From assembly GCF_004010195.1 (NCBI RefSeq), contig NC_057719.1, positions 86,701,446 to 86,765,445 on the forward strand: DNA of 64,000 nucleotides, written 5' to 3'. This document shows positions 1 through 12,226 of this stretch, piece after piece; the stretch's first letter is position 1; the number at the start of each line of letters is the position of its first letter. A program made the translations under genes and the position numbers. This stretch comes from Chiloscyllium plagiosum (taxonomy: Eukaryota). The notes below the pieces were generated by a model. The model was not told the DNA's origin. It ran no database searches and was given only the letters and a program-made list of their open reading frames with translations.

Positions 1-322
1 CCATACGGTCCTGTTCTCTCTCTCTCCCAAAGTGTCCACTGTTCCAGAATCACAGAATATAACAATAACCGTAGCCTCTCTTCCTCACTGTAAACCTTTC
101 TATTCAATCCCTCTTCTCTGTCCTGACCACCCTCACCTCCAACACAAGTGTAAAGGGCTCATGGAAATTTCTTGCATTCATACAACATAATTCCCTGATC
201 CACCAAGTTCCAATCATGTTCTCTCCCAAAGTCATGATTTGGAGATGCCGGTGTTGGACTGGGGTGTACAAAGTTAAAAATCACACAACACCAGGTTATA
301 GTCTAACAGGTTTAATTGGAAG

Positions 323-357
323 CACTAGCTTTCAGAGCACCGCTCCTTCATCAGATC
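323..357 (-). ncRNA. Minimal type-I hammerhead ribozyme motif (Penelope-associated)
   Basis: Minus strand: gat CTGATGA A GGAGC GGT GCTCT GAAA GC TA|gtg. Core intact, stem I weak. Confidence 0.5.
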
Positions 358-878
358 ATTGTGGTGTACACAATTGTAAGACACAGAATTTATAGCAAAA
401 GTTTACAGTGTGATGTAACTGAAATTATACATTGAAAAATACCTTGATTGTTTGATAAGTCTCTCATCTGTTAGAATGGCCATCATAGTTTCACTTCTTT
501 CATGTGTAAATCACAAAATGTTTTTTTTAAAAAGTTACACTCTCAGGTTAACTGTAACAATTGGTGTCAGCGCAAATAAGATGTTGAGATGTTGAAGGTG
601 TTAGTCCCCTGTGTTCCCTGTCTGTGCCATAATGTTTAGACTGATTCTAGTCTAAAAAGTGAGTCATGCAGTTTTTGAGCAAGTGAGTCATGCAGTTTTT
701 GAGCAAAAGTACAATGTAACTCTGCAAGTACAAATTCACCCCACAAACATATATGTGTGTGTGTGTGTCTGGGATGGGGGTTTGTCAGTGTCTGTGAGTG
801 TAAAGTCTCTAAGTCTGTGAGAGGGTGCATGTGAGAGTGTGTGTGTATGTCTGTAAGAGAGAGAGACAGAGACAGACA

Positions 879-959
879 GGGAGAGAGTGGGAGAGAGTGG
901 GAGAGAGTGGGAGAGAGTGGGAGAGAGTGGGAGAGAGTGGGAGAGAGTGGGAGAGAGTG
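879..959 (+). repeat. (GGGAGAGAGT)n 10-bp tandem repeat, about 8 copies
   Basis: Directly visible; explains the low-complexity ORFs at 636-1200. Confidence 0.95.
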
Positions 960-2330
960 TACGGGCGCGCCTCCATCTGTCTGTCTGTCTGTCTGGGGTG
1001 GGGGGGTGTGCACTCACACATATATATACACATTCTCTCTCAGACACTCACAACCCTCCACCCCAGACCCAGACACACACACACAAAAATGGGGTTTGTG
1101 GGGTGAATTTGTACCTGCAGAGTTACATTGTACTTTGCTCAAAAACTACATGAATCCATGTAAGACTGTCAACTCACTTTTTAGATTAGAATCAGTCTAA
1201 ACATTACAGTTAACCTGAGAATGTAACTTTTTTAAAAAAAGTTTTGTGAGTTACATATAAAAGAAGTGAAACTATTATGGTCATTCAAACAGATGAGAGG
1301 CTTCACAAACAATCAAGGTAGTTTCAATGTATAATTTCAGTTACATCACACTGTAAACTTTTGCTATAAATTCTGTGTCTTACAATTGTGTACTCCACGA
1401 CGACCTGATGAAGGAGCAGCGCTCCAAAAGCTAGTGCTTCCAATTAAACCTGTTGGACTATAACCTGGTGTTGTGTGATTTTTAACTCTCCCAAAGTCTT
1501 AACTTTCAATGTCACCTACCTACAGTTTTGCCCAACCCCAACTATTCCCCAAACTGTTGATAATTCAATTCCCTTCTTGCCCCTCATGTTAGTTGATCTT
1601 GTTTTAAGTTTTCTATCCTAAGACATTCTCTTCTTCCACTCAAATCTGCCATCATCTGCCTCCAAAAATAATTCGAGACCCCCCCCCCGTCTTTGCAATC
1701 TGTCATCTCATATCCAATCTCCTATGTGTTCCTAAAGTCCACAAGCATGCCAAAATCCATGTCCATCTTTCCCATGTCTGAAAACCTCAATCAAGTGTCT
1801 TCTCCTGGCACAGTAATGAAACTGCCCTGATCAAAGTTACAAATAACATCTGATCTGGCTGTGACTATGGTAAAGGACCCCTTCTTGGCCTAAGTAAACT
1901 GTTCTTGACTTGACCAGACTCAAACCCTCACTTTGTCTGATGCAGGACAAGATCATTCACAACCTTCACATCCTTTGTGACCCTTGGTGAGCTTCCAATG
2001 CAGTGTTCCACCTATCATGAAGATTGCCTCATATCCAGCTCGATGACATTGCCTACATCCATCCGAATCTCAGCTCAACTACTATCAACAGCCACATCAT
2101 ATCAACTGCAAACCCAACCAACCCAATGGTGCCAAATACATCAAATGTTGAAAATTATTAAATAAAAACAGAATATGCTAGAAATACTCAGCAGGCCTGA
2201 GTGGAGAGGAACAGAGTTAATATCTCTGTTCTATAAGCTATCATCAGAACTATTCCAATGTTCCCTGGTCAGCCTTCCAGTCTACACCCTCTAAGCTTGA
2301 GTTCTTTCAAACTCTAATAATGCCTGCATA

Positions 2331-2548
2331 CAGGTTATTCTGTTATAACTCACATTTCGTCAAAGCTAATTCGCTGTAATGTGATTGATGAATTGAGGAC
2401 ACTGCTTTTACAGCATGAATTTTAAAAACATGTGTCAGCTGTAATGTAATTACAGCGCCAAGACTTTAAGCACTGTTTCTAAAGCATATCTTTCTAAAAC
2501 GTGGGACTGCGCAAGAATGCAGCCACCGCGTTACAGAAGAATTGACTA
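2331..2548. mobile_element. Tigger/pogo-type MITE
   Basis: TA|CAGGTTATTCTGTTATAAC ... GTTACAGAAGAATTGACTA|TA imperfect TIRs; related copies at 12012 and 45530. Confidence 0.7.
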
Positions 2549-3362
2549 TACTAGCTCACATTAAGTTTCATTCACCCATCACCTCTGTGCTCTTTAACCT
2601 GCTAGCTCCCAGTTCAGCAGTGAGTAGATTTTAAAATTCTCATCCTGGTTTTCAATTACCTCCTTGATCTTGTTCCTTCCAACCTATGCAACTGCCTCCA
2701 ACCCTGCAAAATTAAAGATTTCTGAACTACTTCAATTCAACTCTTTCCTGCAACCTTGAATTTCAGGGACACGAATGGTGACAAAAAGGAAATAGAAGTG
2801 GTTAGGAAATTTAATTTGAAGTAGTAAGGAAGTGGAGATGAATTATGGAATTAAATCAAGGCAAATGGAAACACATACGGAGGACGAGGAACATTGAAGT
2901 ATTCTTCCGACAGAAATGAAAGAAAAATCAAGAATAGGATTAGGGCCAGAAGATAAACTTCACATCAAAATGGCAGAAATATTACTATGTTCAGGGAGAC
3001 TATCAAAGCATTAGAAGAAAGGATCAAAGAAGTAATCATTTAAGACAGCAAAGGGAGAACAAACTAAGGAAACATAGAGGGGTGAAAATCAACGGTTCAA
3101 CAGGACAATACCAACACATTTTAAAAATAAACTGGTAAATGGTTAACAGAGACACTATCATAAATTTATTTTTTAAAATCAGAAAAGGAAATTGAGCCAG
3201 GGGAGTTCGATTGAGTTCAGGGGACTGTAAAAAAAAACTGAAAATGCTGGAAATATGCAGCAGACAATGAATGTTTCATGAGAATAGAAGCAGTATTAAA
3301 TCATTCAAGTCAGAGCTTACATCAGGACTATAGACCAGTTAGCTTAATGAGCAGCAAATATA

Positions 3363-4270
3363 ATGAAATACATACATGATTTGGAGGAAGGCATAGGTTG
3401 CCTCATTAGCAAGTTTGCAAATGACATTAAGATTAGTGGAGTGAAGCTGATTGTCAGAGAGTATAGAGAGTTGGGCAGAAAAATGGCAATGGAGTTTAAT
3501 CCGGACAAATGCAAAGTGATGCATTTTGAAAGATACAATTCCAGAGCAAACTATACAGTAAACGGAAAAGTCCTGGGGAAAACTGATGTACAGAGAGATC
3601 TGGGTGTTCATGTCCATTGTTCCCTGAAAGTGGCAACGCAGGTCAGTAGAGTGGCCAACTAGGCAAACGGCATGCTTTCCTTCATCAGACGGGATATTGA
3701 GTACAAGAGTTGGCAAGTCATGTTACAGTCATTTAAAACTTTGGTTCAGTGCACAGTTCTGGAATACCGCGTACAGTTCTGGTCGCCGCATTATCAAAAG
3801 GATGTGAATGCTTTGGAGATGGTGCAGAGGAAATTCACCAAAATGTTGCCTGGTATAGAGGGTGCTAGCTATGAGGAGAGGTTGAGTGGATTAGGATTAT
3901 TTTCATGGGAAAGAAGACAATTGAGGGGGGACCTGATTGAGGCCTACAAAATCATGAGAGGTGTAGACAGGGTGGATAGCAAAAAACTTTTTCCCCCAGA
4001 GTGGAGGACTCAATTACTAGGGATCACGAGTTCAAAGTGTGAGGGGGAAAAAAGTTCAGGGGAGAGATATGTGGAAAGCTTTTTTTTACGCAGAGGGTGA
4101 TGGGTGCCTGGAATATGTTGCCAGCGGAGGTAGTAGGGGTGGGAAAAATAGCGTCATTTAAGATATATCTACATAGATACATGAATGGGCAAGGAGCAAA
4201 GGGACACAGATCTTTAGACAATAGGTGGCAAATTTAGATAGAGGATCTGGATCAGTGCAGGACTGGAGGG
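3363..4270 (+). mobile_element. CR1-type LINE 3' fragment (RT C-terminus); tail resumes about 5279-5320
   Basis: SKFANDIK, MEFNPDKCKVMHF, RDLGVHVH, RLRGDL-like motif; stops and frameshifts. Confidence 0.9.
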
Positions 4271-5278
4271 AGGCGCGGTAGTAGTTTGGCGCACCGACCT
4301 TTACACCGCTGAGGCTAAACGCCAGCTCGCGGACACCTCCTCCTACTGCCCCCTTGACCATGACCCCACCTCCCACCACCATCTCCCAGACCATCCAGAA
4401 CCTCATCACCTCAGGGGATCTCCCATCCACCGCCTCCAACCTCATAGTCCCACAACCCCGCACCGCCCGTTTCTACCTCCTGCCCAAAATCCACAAACCT
4501 GACCGCCCCGGCCGACCCATTGTCTCAGCCTGCTCCTGCCCCACCGAACTCTTCTCTGCATAGCTCAACACGGTCCTGTCCCCCTTAGTCCAAGAACTCC
4601 CCACCTACGTTCAGGACACCACCCACGCCCTCCACCTCCTCCATGATTTTTGCTTCCCCGGTCCCCAACGCCTTATCTTCACCATGGACATCCAGTCCCT
4701 GTACACCTCCATCCCCCATCACGAAGGACTTAAAGCCCTCCGCTTCTTCCTTTCCCGCCGTACCAACCAGTACCCTTCCAACGACACCCTCCTTCGACTG
4801 ACGGAACTGGTCCTCACCCTGAACAACTTCTCTTTCCAATCCTCCCACTTCCTCCAAACCAAAGGAGTAGCCATGGGCATCCGCATGGTCCCCAGCTATG
4901 CCTGCCCCTTCGTAGGATATGTGGAACAGTCCATCTTCCGCAGCTACACTGGCACCACCCTCCACCTTTTCCTCCGCTACATCGATGACTGTATCGGCGC
5001 TGCCTCGTGCTCCCACGAGGAGGTTGAACAGTTCATCCACTTTACTAACACCTTCCACCCCGATCTCAAATTCACCTGGACCGTCTCGGACTCCTCCCTC
5101 CCCTTCCTAGACCTTTCCATTTCTATCTCGGGTGACCAAATCGACACGGATTCCTGAAGAAGGGCTTATGCCCGAAACGTCGATTCTCCTGTTCCTTGGA
5201 TGCTGCCTGACCTGCTGCGCTTTTCCAGCAACACATTTTCAGCTCTGATCTCCAGCATCTGCAGCCCTCACTTTCTCC
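4271..5278 (+). mobile_element. Penelope-like retroelement: RT fragment joined directly to terminal repeat, inserted in the 3' UTR of a CR1
   Basis: [32 protein letters not shown] and FLRYIDD are PLE RT motifs; one in-frame stop at 4561; ggaggg on both flanks. Confidence 0.9.
5148..5187 (+). ncRNA. Minimal type-I hammerhead ribozyme motif (Penelope-associated)
   Basis: ggattc CTGAAGA A GGGC TTAT GCCC GAAA CG TC|gattct. Intact core, perfect stem II. Confidence 0.6.
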
Positions 5279-5329
5279 AGGAGGGCCAAAGAGCCTGTTC
5301 CTGTGCTGTAATGTTCTTTGCTCTTTGAA

Positions 5330-6450
5330 ATCTTTACCCAAAGATATAGCAGAGATACATCTAGAGACTGTTTGGCCAACCTTTCTGAATTCTTTGAAGT
5401 AATAAAGAGTGGACAAGTATAACATTAGGGATGCAATATATTCAAATTTTCAAAAGAGCTTCAATAAAGTACCATATGGTAGACTCACAAATAAAATCAG
5501 AGTGCATGGAAATGGGATATAAATAACAAGCTAGAAATCAGAAAAACAGTGTAGTGATTAAGGGTAGCTACTCATCCTAGTAAAATGGTGTTCCACACAG
5601 ATGGATGATAAGACTACAATAGCTCACGATTTACGTTAATGATTATTTATATTTAGGAATCAGAAGTACAATTATTAAAGTTGCAGATGACATCAAATTG
5701 GGTGGGTACCTTTAACGCTGAGGTAGAACATAGGAAACAGGAAGAAATTTATAAAATTGCAAAAAAGGCTATGCAATCAAATGGATTTTAGTATGAGGTA
5801 GTGTAATTTTGTATTAAGAACCAGAGTCTGAATAGATCTAAGGAGCAAAGCAATTGAGGAATGATGACAAACAGGTTATTATCACAGTAATGAAAGTTAA
5901 TAAGGCCACGAACAGCAAACACAGCACTGGGATTCTTTTTCTCAAGGGAATGAATTGTAAAGTAGAAAAGTAACATTAAACTTGTTTAAAAAAAAATGTC
6001 AGTTAGACGAGAGTACAAGCACAGTTGTGGTCTCCATTTTATAACAAGGACCAGAGAAGTGACAAAAGAAAATGTCAAGATCGCACTAGAAATAAAGAAT
6101 ACATGCACAACTGAACATGCTGAGGGTCTTTTTTTAAAGAAAATAACATTGTTGGGGTGACCTGATAGGTGATGAATTAGTTCTATAGACTAGACATGGA
6201 GAAAATAAATCCATTTGTGGGCATCCAATATGGATTTCAGGAGAAATTTCTTTCACCAATGTGTGATCAAAATATGTAACGTGGTAAAACAAGGAGCATT
6301 TGAGGTGAATAGCAGACATGCATTTAAGGAGGGAGTTAGATAAATAAATGAAGGAGTAAAGGAATACAAAGGCAGGCAACAGGTCAAATATAATGGATTG
6401 GAAGGAATATTTTATGAGCATGAACAGTGACACTGACCAGTTGGATTGAA
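5330..6450 (+). mobile_element. Highly decayed CR1 LINE
   Basis: Relics of the DF.KAFDKVPH and FADDxK coding stretches (caataaagtaccat, gttgcagatgacatcaaattggg). Confidence 0.6.
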
Positions 6451-6591
6451 ATGTTTGACTGATTCCTTTCTCATAAAATAGTAGCTATTCCTTTCTCACT
6501 TCTAAGCTCAATTCCTACAACATGAACATTATCACAAGCTTTTTGAAAGTTTAGATATTACAGTTCCCCTAACAGTTCCTGAAAATCAAAC

Positions 6592-6714
6592 CTGTTCATG
6601 GATGTAGGCTAGTCCATCAAGGATTTCCCTGAATAGCCTCCAGAGACGATTGATATCTCTATACAGTCCCCGGTCAATTGTGTCGCGTAAAGTGCTTTTC
6701 TCACAATATTCCAT
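6592..6714 (-). CDS. EIF2AK4: GCN2 exon 15: MEYCEKSTLRDTIDRGLYRDINRLWRLFREILDGLAYIHEQ
   Basis: tttcag|ATG...CAG|gtttga; 123 nt; near-identical to the vertebrate GCN2 hinge/alphaE region. Confidence 0.97.
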
Positions 6715-7925
6715 CTGAAAGCAGTCAAGAAAATTTAAGTCTACAATTTATACATCAAGCAAATTCAGCAACTCAAGTCATTAAGTGATCTGCAAATCAT
6801 TTGTTTAATTGAATTATACCCACAAAATCCCTCAGCTGCAACACAGAGCAAGCCAAAGTCTTCCTCATAACTTGGAAGGTGGGATTTACTTGATAACGTG
6901 AAAGTATTTTTGGTTATAAAATATCATTGGTATTATTTCATTCAAGAGATCATTCACAACCAAAGGCTGATTTGCTAAGTAACTTACATTATATACTAAG
7001 GAATGAGACTTAAAATGTACATATACAAAACATAATAGAAAATACAACAACAAAATATAAAAACAAATTCAACTGATAAAAGGGAAGAGATCAACAGAAT
7101 GTTAAAAGCAGGTTAATACTGAATTAAAATTACAAAGCAATACAGCATTTCTACATTACCAGGCACTGAAATGCATATAAATGTCATTGTTCAATTGTTT
7201 CATTGAGGACCTGAACCTGTGAAGGAACAGAGCTACCTTTCAATCCTGCAACTTACAAGATCTAATCTAAAGTCACAGAGTCATATTCAAACTCTGAGCT
7301 GCTTTGGTTGTTGTAGGTTAGGATGAGAGTTAACGTGGTGGGTGTAACAGTTCTGAAATTGCATAGCTTCAATAAAGGCATTTTACAATCTTGCTACAAA
7401 TATTAACTCATCTTTGTAAAGACATTGACAGTGTGACATGAAGAGCTCTGTTGTACTATCAATATTGAGGACCTGAGCTCAATCTCAGCATGAACTCCTG
7501 TATTATTTTCATCTGGTGGGTGGTGCATGTGTAAAACTGGAGTGCCAGACAATCACAGTATTCAAACAAAGGACAAAGGGATCTCAAACAGACATTCAGG
7601 TATTTGTTTTAAGTGTACTATCCATTTGACTATCTCACATCAACTCGGCTTGAACACATATACATCTGACAGGGTGGAATTGCCTTACGTTATGTCAAGC
7701 CACACATACCCACACCTCCTAAAGTCTACTTGCATTGTTCTAGATTTAGCAAAGTTACGAAATTACTGGTTTATTTTTCCTTCCTAGAGAAATGTATGCA
7801 TTTTGCTCAGTGAATTTCCTCAGGACTTCTCCTATTCAGCCCCACAATGTGACTGGAAAAACCATATAAATGGCATTATGCAGACAACTGGAACTCTCCC
7901 AATTTTCTTAAGGAAATTCACGACT

Positions 7926-8256
7926 GGCGGCACAGTGGCTCAGTGGTTAGCACTGTTGCCTCACAGCACCAGGGACCCAGGTTATTGTCCTACCTCGGGT
8001 GACTGTCTGTGGGGAGTTTGCACATTCTCCCCATGTCTGCGTGAGTTTCCGGTGCTCCGGTTTCCTCCCAAAATCTAAAGATGTGCAAGTTAGGTGATTT
8101 GGCCATGCTAAATTGCCCATCGTGTTAGGTGCATTAATCAGGGGTAAAACATAAGGTAGGGGAATGGGTATGGGTGGGTCATTCTTCAGAGGTCGTTGTG
8201 GACTTGTTGGGCCGAAGGGCCTGTTTCCATACTGTAGGGATTCTAATCTAATCTAA
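7926..8256 (+). mobile_element. tRNA-derived SINE (HE1-like)
   Basis: A-box GTGGCTCAGTGG, tRNA-like head, CR1-like tail gggcctgtttccatactgtagggattctaatct. Confidence 0.85.
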
Positions 8257-8782
8257 CTTGGCAGATGGAAGTACTATTTTGCTGACCTGATATTGACTTT
8301 TCGCATATAGTGGTAGAATATGGTCATGAAATGTCTTATCAAATCCTCCTGATGTCATTAAATTTGAAGCAACTTGGGCCATCTAATTTGCAGTCACTTA
8401 TGTCAGTATCCTAAATACTGTCCATTTTCATAGCATAATTCCAATAGTAAGGATCGTACAATCCATATATCACCAAAATATGTCCACCTGTGTCAAATGG
8501 GACTTATGGTGCAGGAGTGAAATGCAGGCTCCTTTCAAATGGTGCAATGTAACAATAAGCAGCTTTCATTGCTGAATTGTTGCATTTCAGGAAATTATTC
8601 AAATTACTGTATGTCAACAGAATACACACATGATGTGCAATCCAGGGTCCAGTCTATTATCAGAGCATATATACAGTACAAAGTCTGGGGTAGCATGTTA
8701 CAGAATATAAATACTCTGCAATCTGGAGTACCACTGTTACTTGAATATATAAATAGTGCAGAGGCTGGATAGAATTGGTTAC

Positions 8783-8881
8783 CTGAATATACAGATAGTG
8801 CACTGTCTGTGGTTCTATTATGACCTCTGCCTTCTCCATTTTGCCATCCTCAGGATTCTTTGCATTTGTAGTTTCCCTGCC
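8783..8881 (-). CDS. EIF2AK4: GCN2 exon 14: GRETTNAKNPEDGKMEKAEVIIEPQTVHYLYIQ
   Basis: atacag|GGC...CAG|gtaacc; 99 nt; phase 0-0; conserved VHYLYIQ. The acceptor has a weak pyrimidine tract, so the 5' boundary is less certain. Confidence 0.88.
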
Positions 8882-9889
8882 CTGTATATTAACAATAATC
8901 ACAGAATGTAACAAACACAGAATATAAAACATATTAGTTATGGTGAAATTAACACATAGTCTGAGCTAAAATGTAAGTTACACTCAAGCCGCTATGAGAA
9001 TGGGAAAAAGACACATCCTTGGGTTAGGCAACAAACAGGTTAATGTTAGATTTTTTTTGCCACTTACGTCACCTGCCAAAATGGTCACTCGTGCATCTGT
9101 ATAGTTTCATAGATGCCAACGCTCTCTAGGTCTTACCAAAGAGACTATTTTTCACATATAAATCGAAGACTGTTCAGCAGGAGCAAGTTACTCCAGAGTG
9201 GTGGACAAAACAGCAGAGCTAGAGCTGGTGCTCATCCTACAGTCACAGACATGGTCTCTCACCCAACATCTCCAGTTTGAGATCTCTTGATCATTCTTGA
9301 TCACCAAGTGTAGAACATTTTTCTCCATGTGGCTCAATTGCTCAAACCCTTTACTAATTAAACTACTTGGGGAAAAGGGGGCACGTTGCAACATATTTTC
9401 TGGATTTTTTCCTGAGAAACCTAGACAAAGTTCAAAGCATCACCCTGTGGTTCAGAACAGGTCCCAAACATCACCATGGTTGTACAGACTAGGAAAGACA
9501 TTATAAATTTAGTAACAATGACCAGGCTTTCCATGTTAGCATTATTAACAAAACCCACAGCTCTTGAAGGATTTTTTTAAATCATAAAAGTGTGTCTTCA
9601 TTATAACAATAGCAAAAAGTCTGAAATCTTGGCCTTACAAATCTCAGTTGAGTTCTCTTACTATGTCATCCTGAGGAATAGAAAAAAGTCACCGCCCAAT
9701 TATACATCTCCACCCAACCAGCCCCCATTGTCTTTTCCTCTCACGTCCCCACAACCTTCCTCTCTTTCTACATTACCCACCCTCCCCCACTGCCCAACCC
9801 TTTAGAGCAGAGGAGTTTACGGAAACATTCAACAGAAGTGTTCAAAATTCTAATGGGATTTAAGAGAGCAGACAAGGAGAAACTGTTTC

Positions 9890-11040
9890 TAATGACAAGC
9901 TTAGTAACTATTCACAATATATGTTAATGACGTAGATGAAGAAACTAAATGTAGTACCTCAAAGCCTACAGAAGTACACAGAACTGGATGAAAGAGTGAA
10001 CCATAAGGAGGATGCAGAGGTGATGCGAAGTGAGTATACAGGCTGTGTGGGTGGGCAAAGGCATGGAAGGTGCAGCGTATGTGGATAAATATGAAGTTAT
10101 CCATTTTGGTAGCAAAATGGAATGGCAGATCATTACTTGATTGGCTGTAAATTGAGCAAGGAGAATGTTCAATGAGTTCTTGTGAACCAGTTATAGAGTC
10201 ATTGAGATGTACAGCATGGAAACAAACCCTTCAGTCCAACTCGTCCATACCGACCAGATAATCTTAACCTAATCTAGTCCCATTGCCAGCGGCTTGGCCC
10301 ATATCCCTCTAAACCCTTCCTATTCATATACCCATTCAGATGCCTTTAAGTGCTATAATTGTTCCAGCATCCACCACTTCTTTTGGCTGCTGAAAATAAG
10401 CACTCAAGTGCAGCAGGCAGTAAAGGGGGCAAACTGCATATTGGCCTTTGTAATGAGAGGAACAAGGATGTCTTCTGGCAATTATACAGTGCATCAGTGG
10501 AGCCACACCTGGAATAGTGTGTGCAGAGGATGCTCTTGCTATAGAGACAGTGCACTGAAGCTTTATCAAACTGATTCCTGGAATGGCAGGACTATGTATC
10601 AGGTGAGATCGAGTTGGTTAGGATTGAATTCACTTACGTTCAGAAGAATGAAGGGGAATTTAATGGAAATCTATAAAATTCTAACAGGACTAGACAGTTA
10701 GAAGCAGGAAGGCTGTGCCTGATGGTGGGGGGAGTCCAGAACCAGGGGACGTTCTTTAAGGATAAGGGGTAAACCTGTTCGGACTGAAATGAGAAGAAAT
10801 ATCTTCATCAAAGAGTGATGAGCATGTGGAATTCACAACTGCAGTAAGTGGTTGAGGTCAAAACATGATGTGTTTTCTTGAAGGATGGAAACATTCTTGT
10901 GACTAAAGAGATCAAAGGACATAGGGAAGGAGCAGGTTTAGGGCACTGAATTCAATAATCAGCTGTGATCATATTGGTTAGCAGATCAGGCTTCAGGGGC
11001 CAAATAGCCTACTCCTGCTCCTCTCTTCTGTATTTCTATG
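9890..11040 (+). mobile_element. Decayed CR1 LINE with an inverted CR1 3' fragment nested at about 10195-10380
   Basis: RT C-terminal relics (RRMKGNLMEIYKILTGLD); nested tail agagtcattgagatgtacagcatggaaaca. Confidence 0.75.
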
Positions 11041-11574
11041 TAGATCACTTAGATTAAAGACAATTAGCAAACGGTCCCAGAATAAAATGAGGTACACTGC
11101 TTTTATGCACTAGGTGGAAGAGTGGTGGAGGCATTTCCAGTAACTCTTTCAAGAAGAAATTGGAATATATATTTGAAAAGTAAATATTTGAAAGACTAAG
11201 GGCTGGAGAGTGGGACTAAATATATAGCTCTTCCAAAGAGCCAGCGCAGATCCACGAGATGGAATGGTGTTCTTCAGCAGTGCATGATTCAGGGCTTGTT
11301 TTCTTTTTACTAGAGATAGGCTCTCGGCAATAGAACTGTTGTGAGGACAAGATAACTTGCAAACCAGTTTCCTGAATATCCCACGGAACATAACTGCAGC
11401 GTTTGTTTACATAGACCTTTTTTTTTAAGCAAAAGTTCATTCATAGGATGTGGGTGTCACAGGCTGTGTCAGCATTTTATTGCCTGCCCTAGTTGCACTT
11501 GAGAAGGTGGTGGTGAGTTGCCTTCTTGAAGTGCTGCAGATAGATCCACTGCCATTAGAAAGGGAGCACCAGGA

Positions 11575-11983
11575 TTCTGGTACCCACAGGGAGGGCCTCA
11601 ACCGGGACCTTGGGTTCATGTCACATTACAGGTGACCACCGTTGCACTATACACACACAGATACTCCTACTCCTACTCCTACACACACACACATACACTT
11701 TCTCACACTCACAACCCCCAACCCAGACAGACAAAGTCCCACATGCATGCATATATTTTATGGGGTGAATTTGTACTTTGCTCAAAAACTGCATGAATTC
11801 ATGTAAAACTCCATTATCTCACTTTTTAGATTAGAATCAATCTAAACATCATAGCATAGACAGGGGGCTAACACCTTCAACATATTGTCTAGCTATCACC
11901 ATTGTTAACAGCTAACCCGAGAATGCAACGTGCTTCCAATTAAACCTGTTGGACTTTAACCTGGTGTTGTGTGATTTTTAACT
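11575..11983 (+). mobile_element. Penelope-like 3' fragment, same family as 234-1485, hammerhead segment deleted
   Basis: ORF end GTHREGLNRDLGFMSHYR* followed by the same terminal repeat (ttagattagaatc..., cctggtgttgtgtgatttttaact). Confidence 0.75.
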
Positions 11984-12011
11984 TAAAATGAAGGTATGCA
12001 GCTTCATAGTA

Positions 12012-12226
12012 CAGTCAGTTCTGCTATAACTTGGCAGTCCATTCTCGTGCAACCCCATTGTAAGCAAATCAAGTAATAGCAGCATCATTTCATCTAATGG
12101 GGCAGGAATTGTGTTATAACCAATACATACTTTAAAAGTTCGCACTTTTGAAACAGTGCCCCCAATTAGTCAATCGTGTTATCGCAAATTTGCATTAACA
12201 AACGCACGTTATAGCAGAACGACCAA
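12012..12226. mobile_element. Tigger/pogo-type MITE (same family, opposite orientation)
   Basis: TA|CAGTCAGTTCTGCTATAAC ... GTTATAGCAGAACGAC. Confidence 0.7.

Larger units (their letters stand above)
234..1485. mobile_element. Penelope-like element terminal-repeat sequence in inverted arrangement, bounded by a 13-bp TSD
   Basis: Arms about 272-880 and 975-1487 are diverged reverse complements. ctctcccaaagtc is duplicated at 221-233 and 1486-1498. Each arm has a hammerhead-like motif. Confidence 0.75.

Noticed and set aside
636..1200. Six overlapping ORFs with SHSLPLSPTL / GESGREWERV repeats
   Set aside because: Artefacts of the stop-free (GGGAGAGAGT)n and dinucleotide repeats inside a transposon.
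1402..1437. Hammerhead motifs at about 1402-1437 and 48509-48543 as active ribozymes
   Set aside because: Both have AAAA instead of GAAA, losing catalytic G12.
4585..5058. 157-aa minus-strand ORF
   Set aside because: Antisense shadow of the GC-rich Penelope RT frame.
1..6591. Search for GCN2 exon 16 (GMIHRDLKP...DFG)
   Set aside because: Not found; presumably beyond the left edge, so this is not evidence of gene truncation.
7926..8000. tRNA-like sequences here and at 16551, 37797, 49330 and 55287
   Set aside because: They are SINE heads; most run on into SINE bodies and none forms a convincing complete cloverleaf.
9061..9240. Strong minus-strand donor (gtaagtg) and upstream tgtag acceptor suggesting an extra GCN2 exon between exons 13 and 14
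   Set aside because: The required phase-0 frame hits TAG at codon 6 and shows no GCN2 similarity. A poison exon cannot be excluded but has no support.
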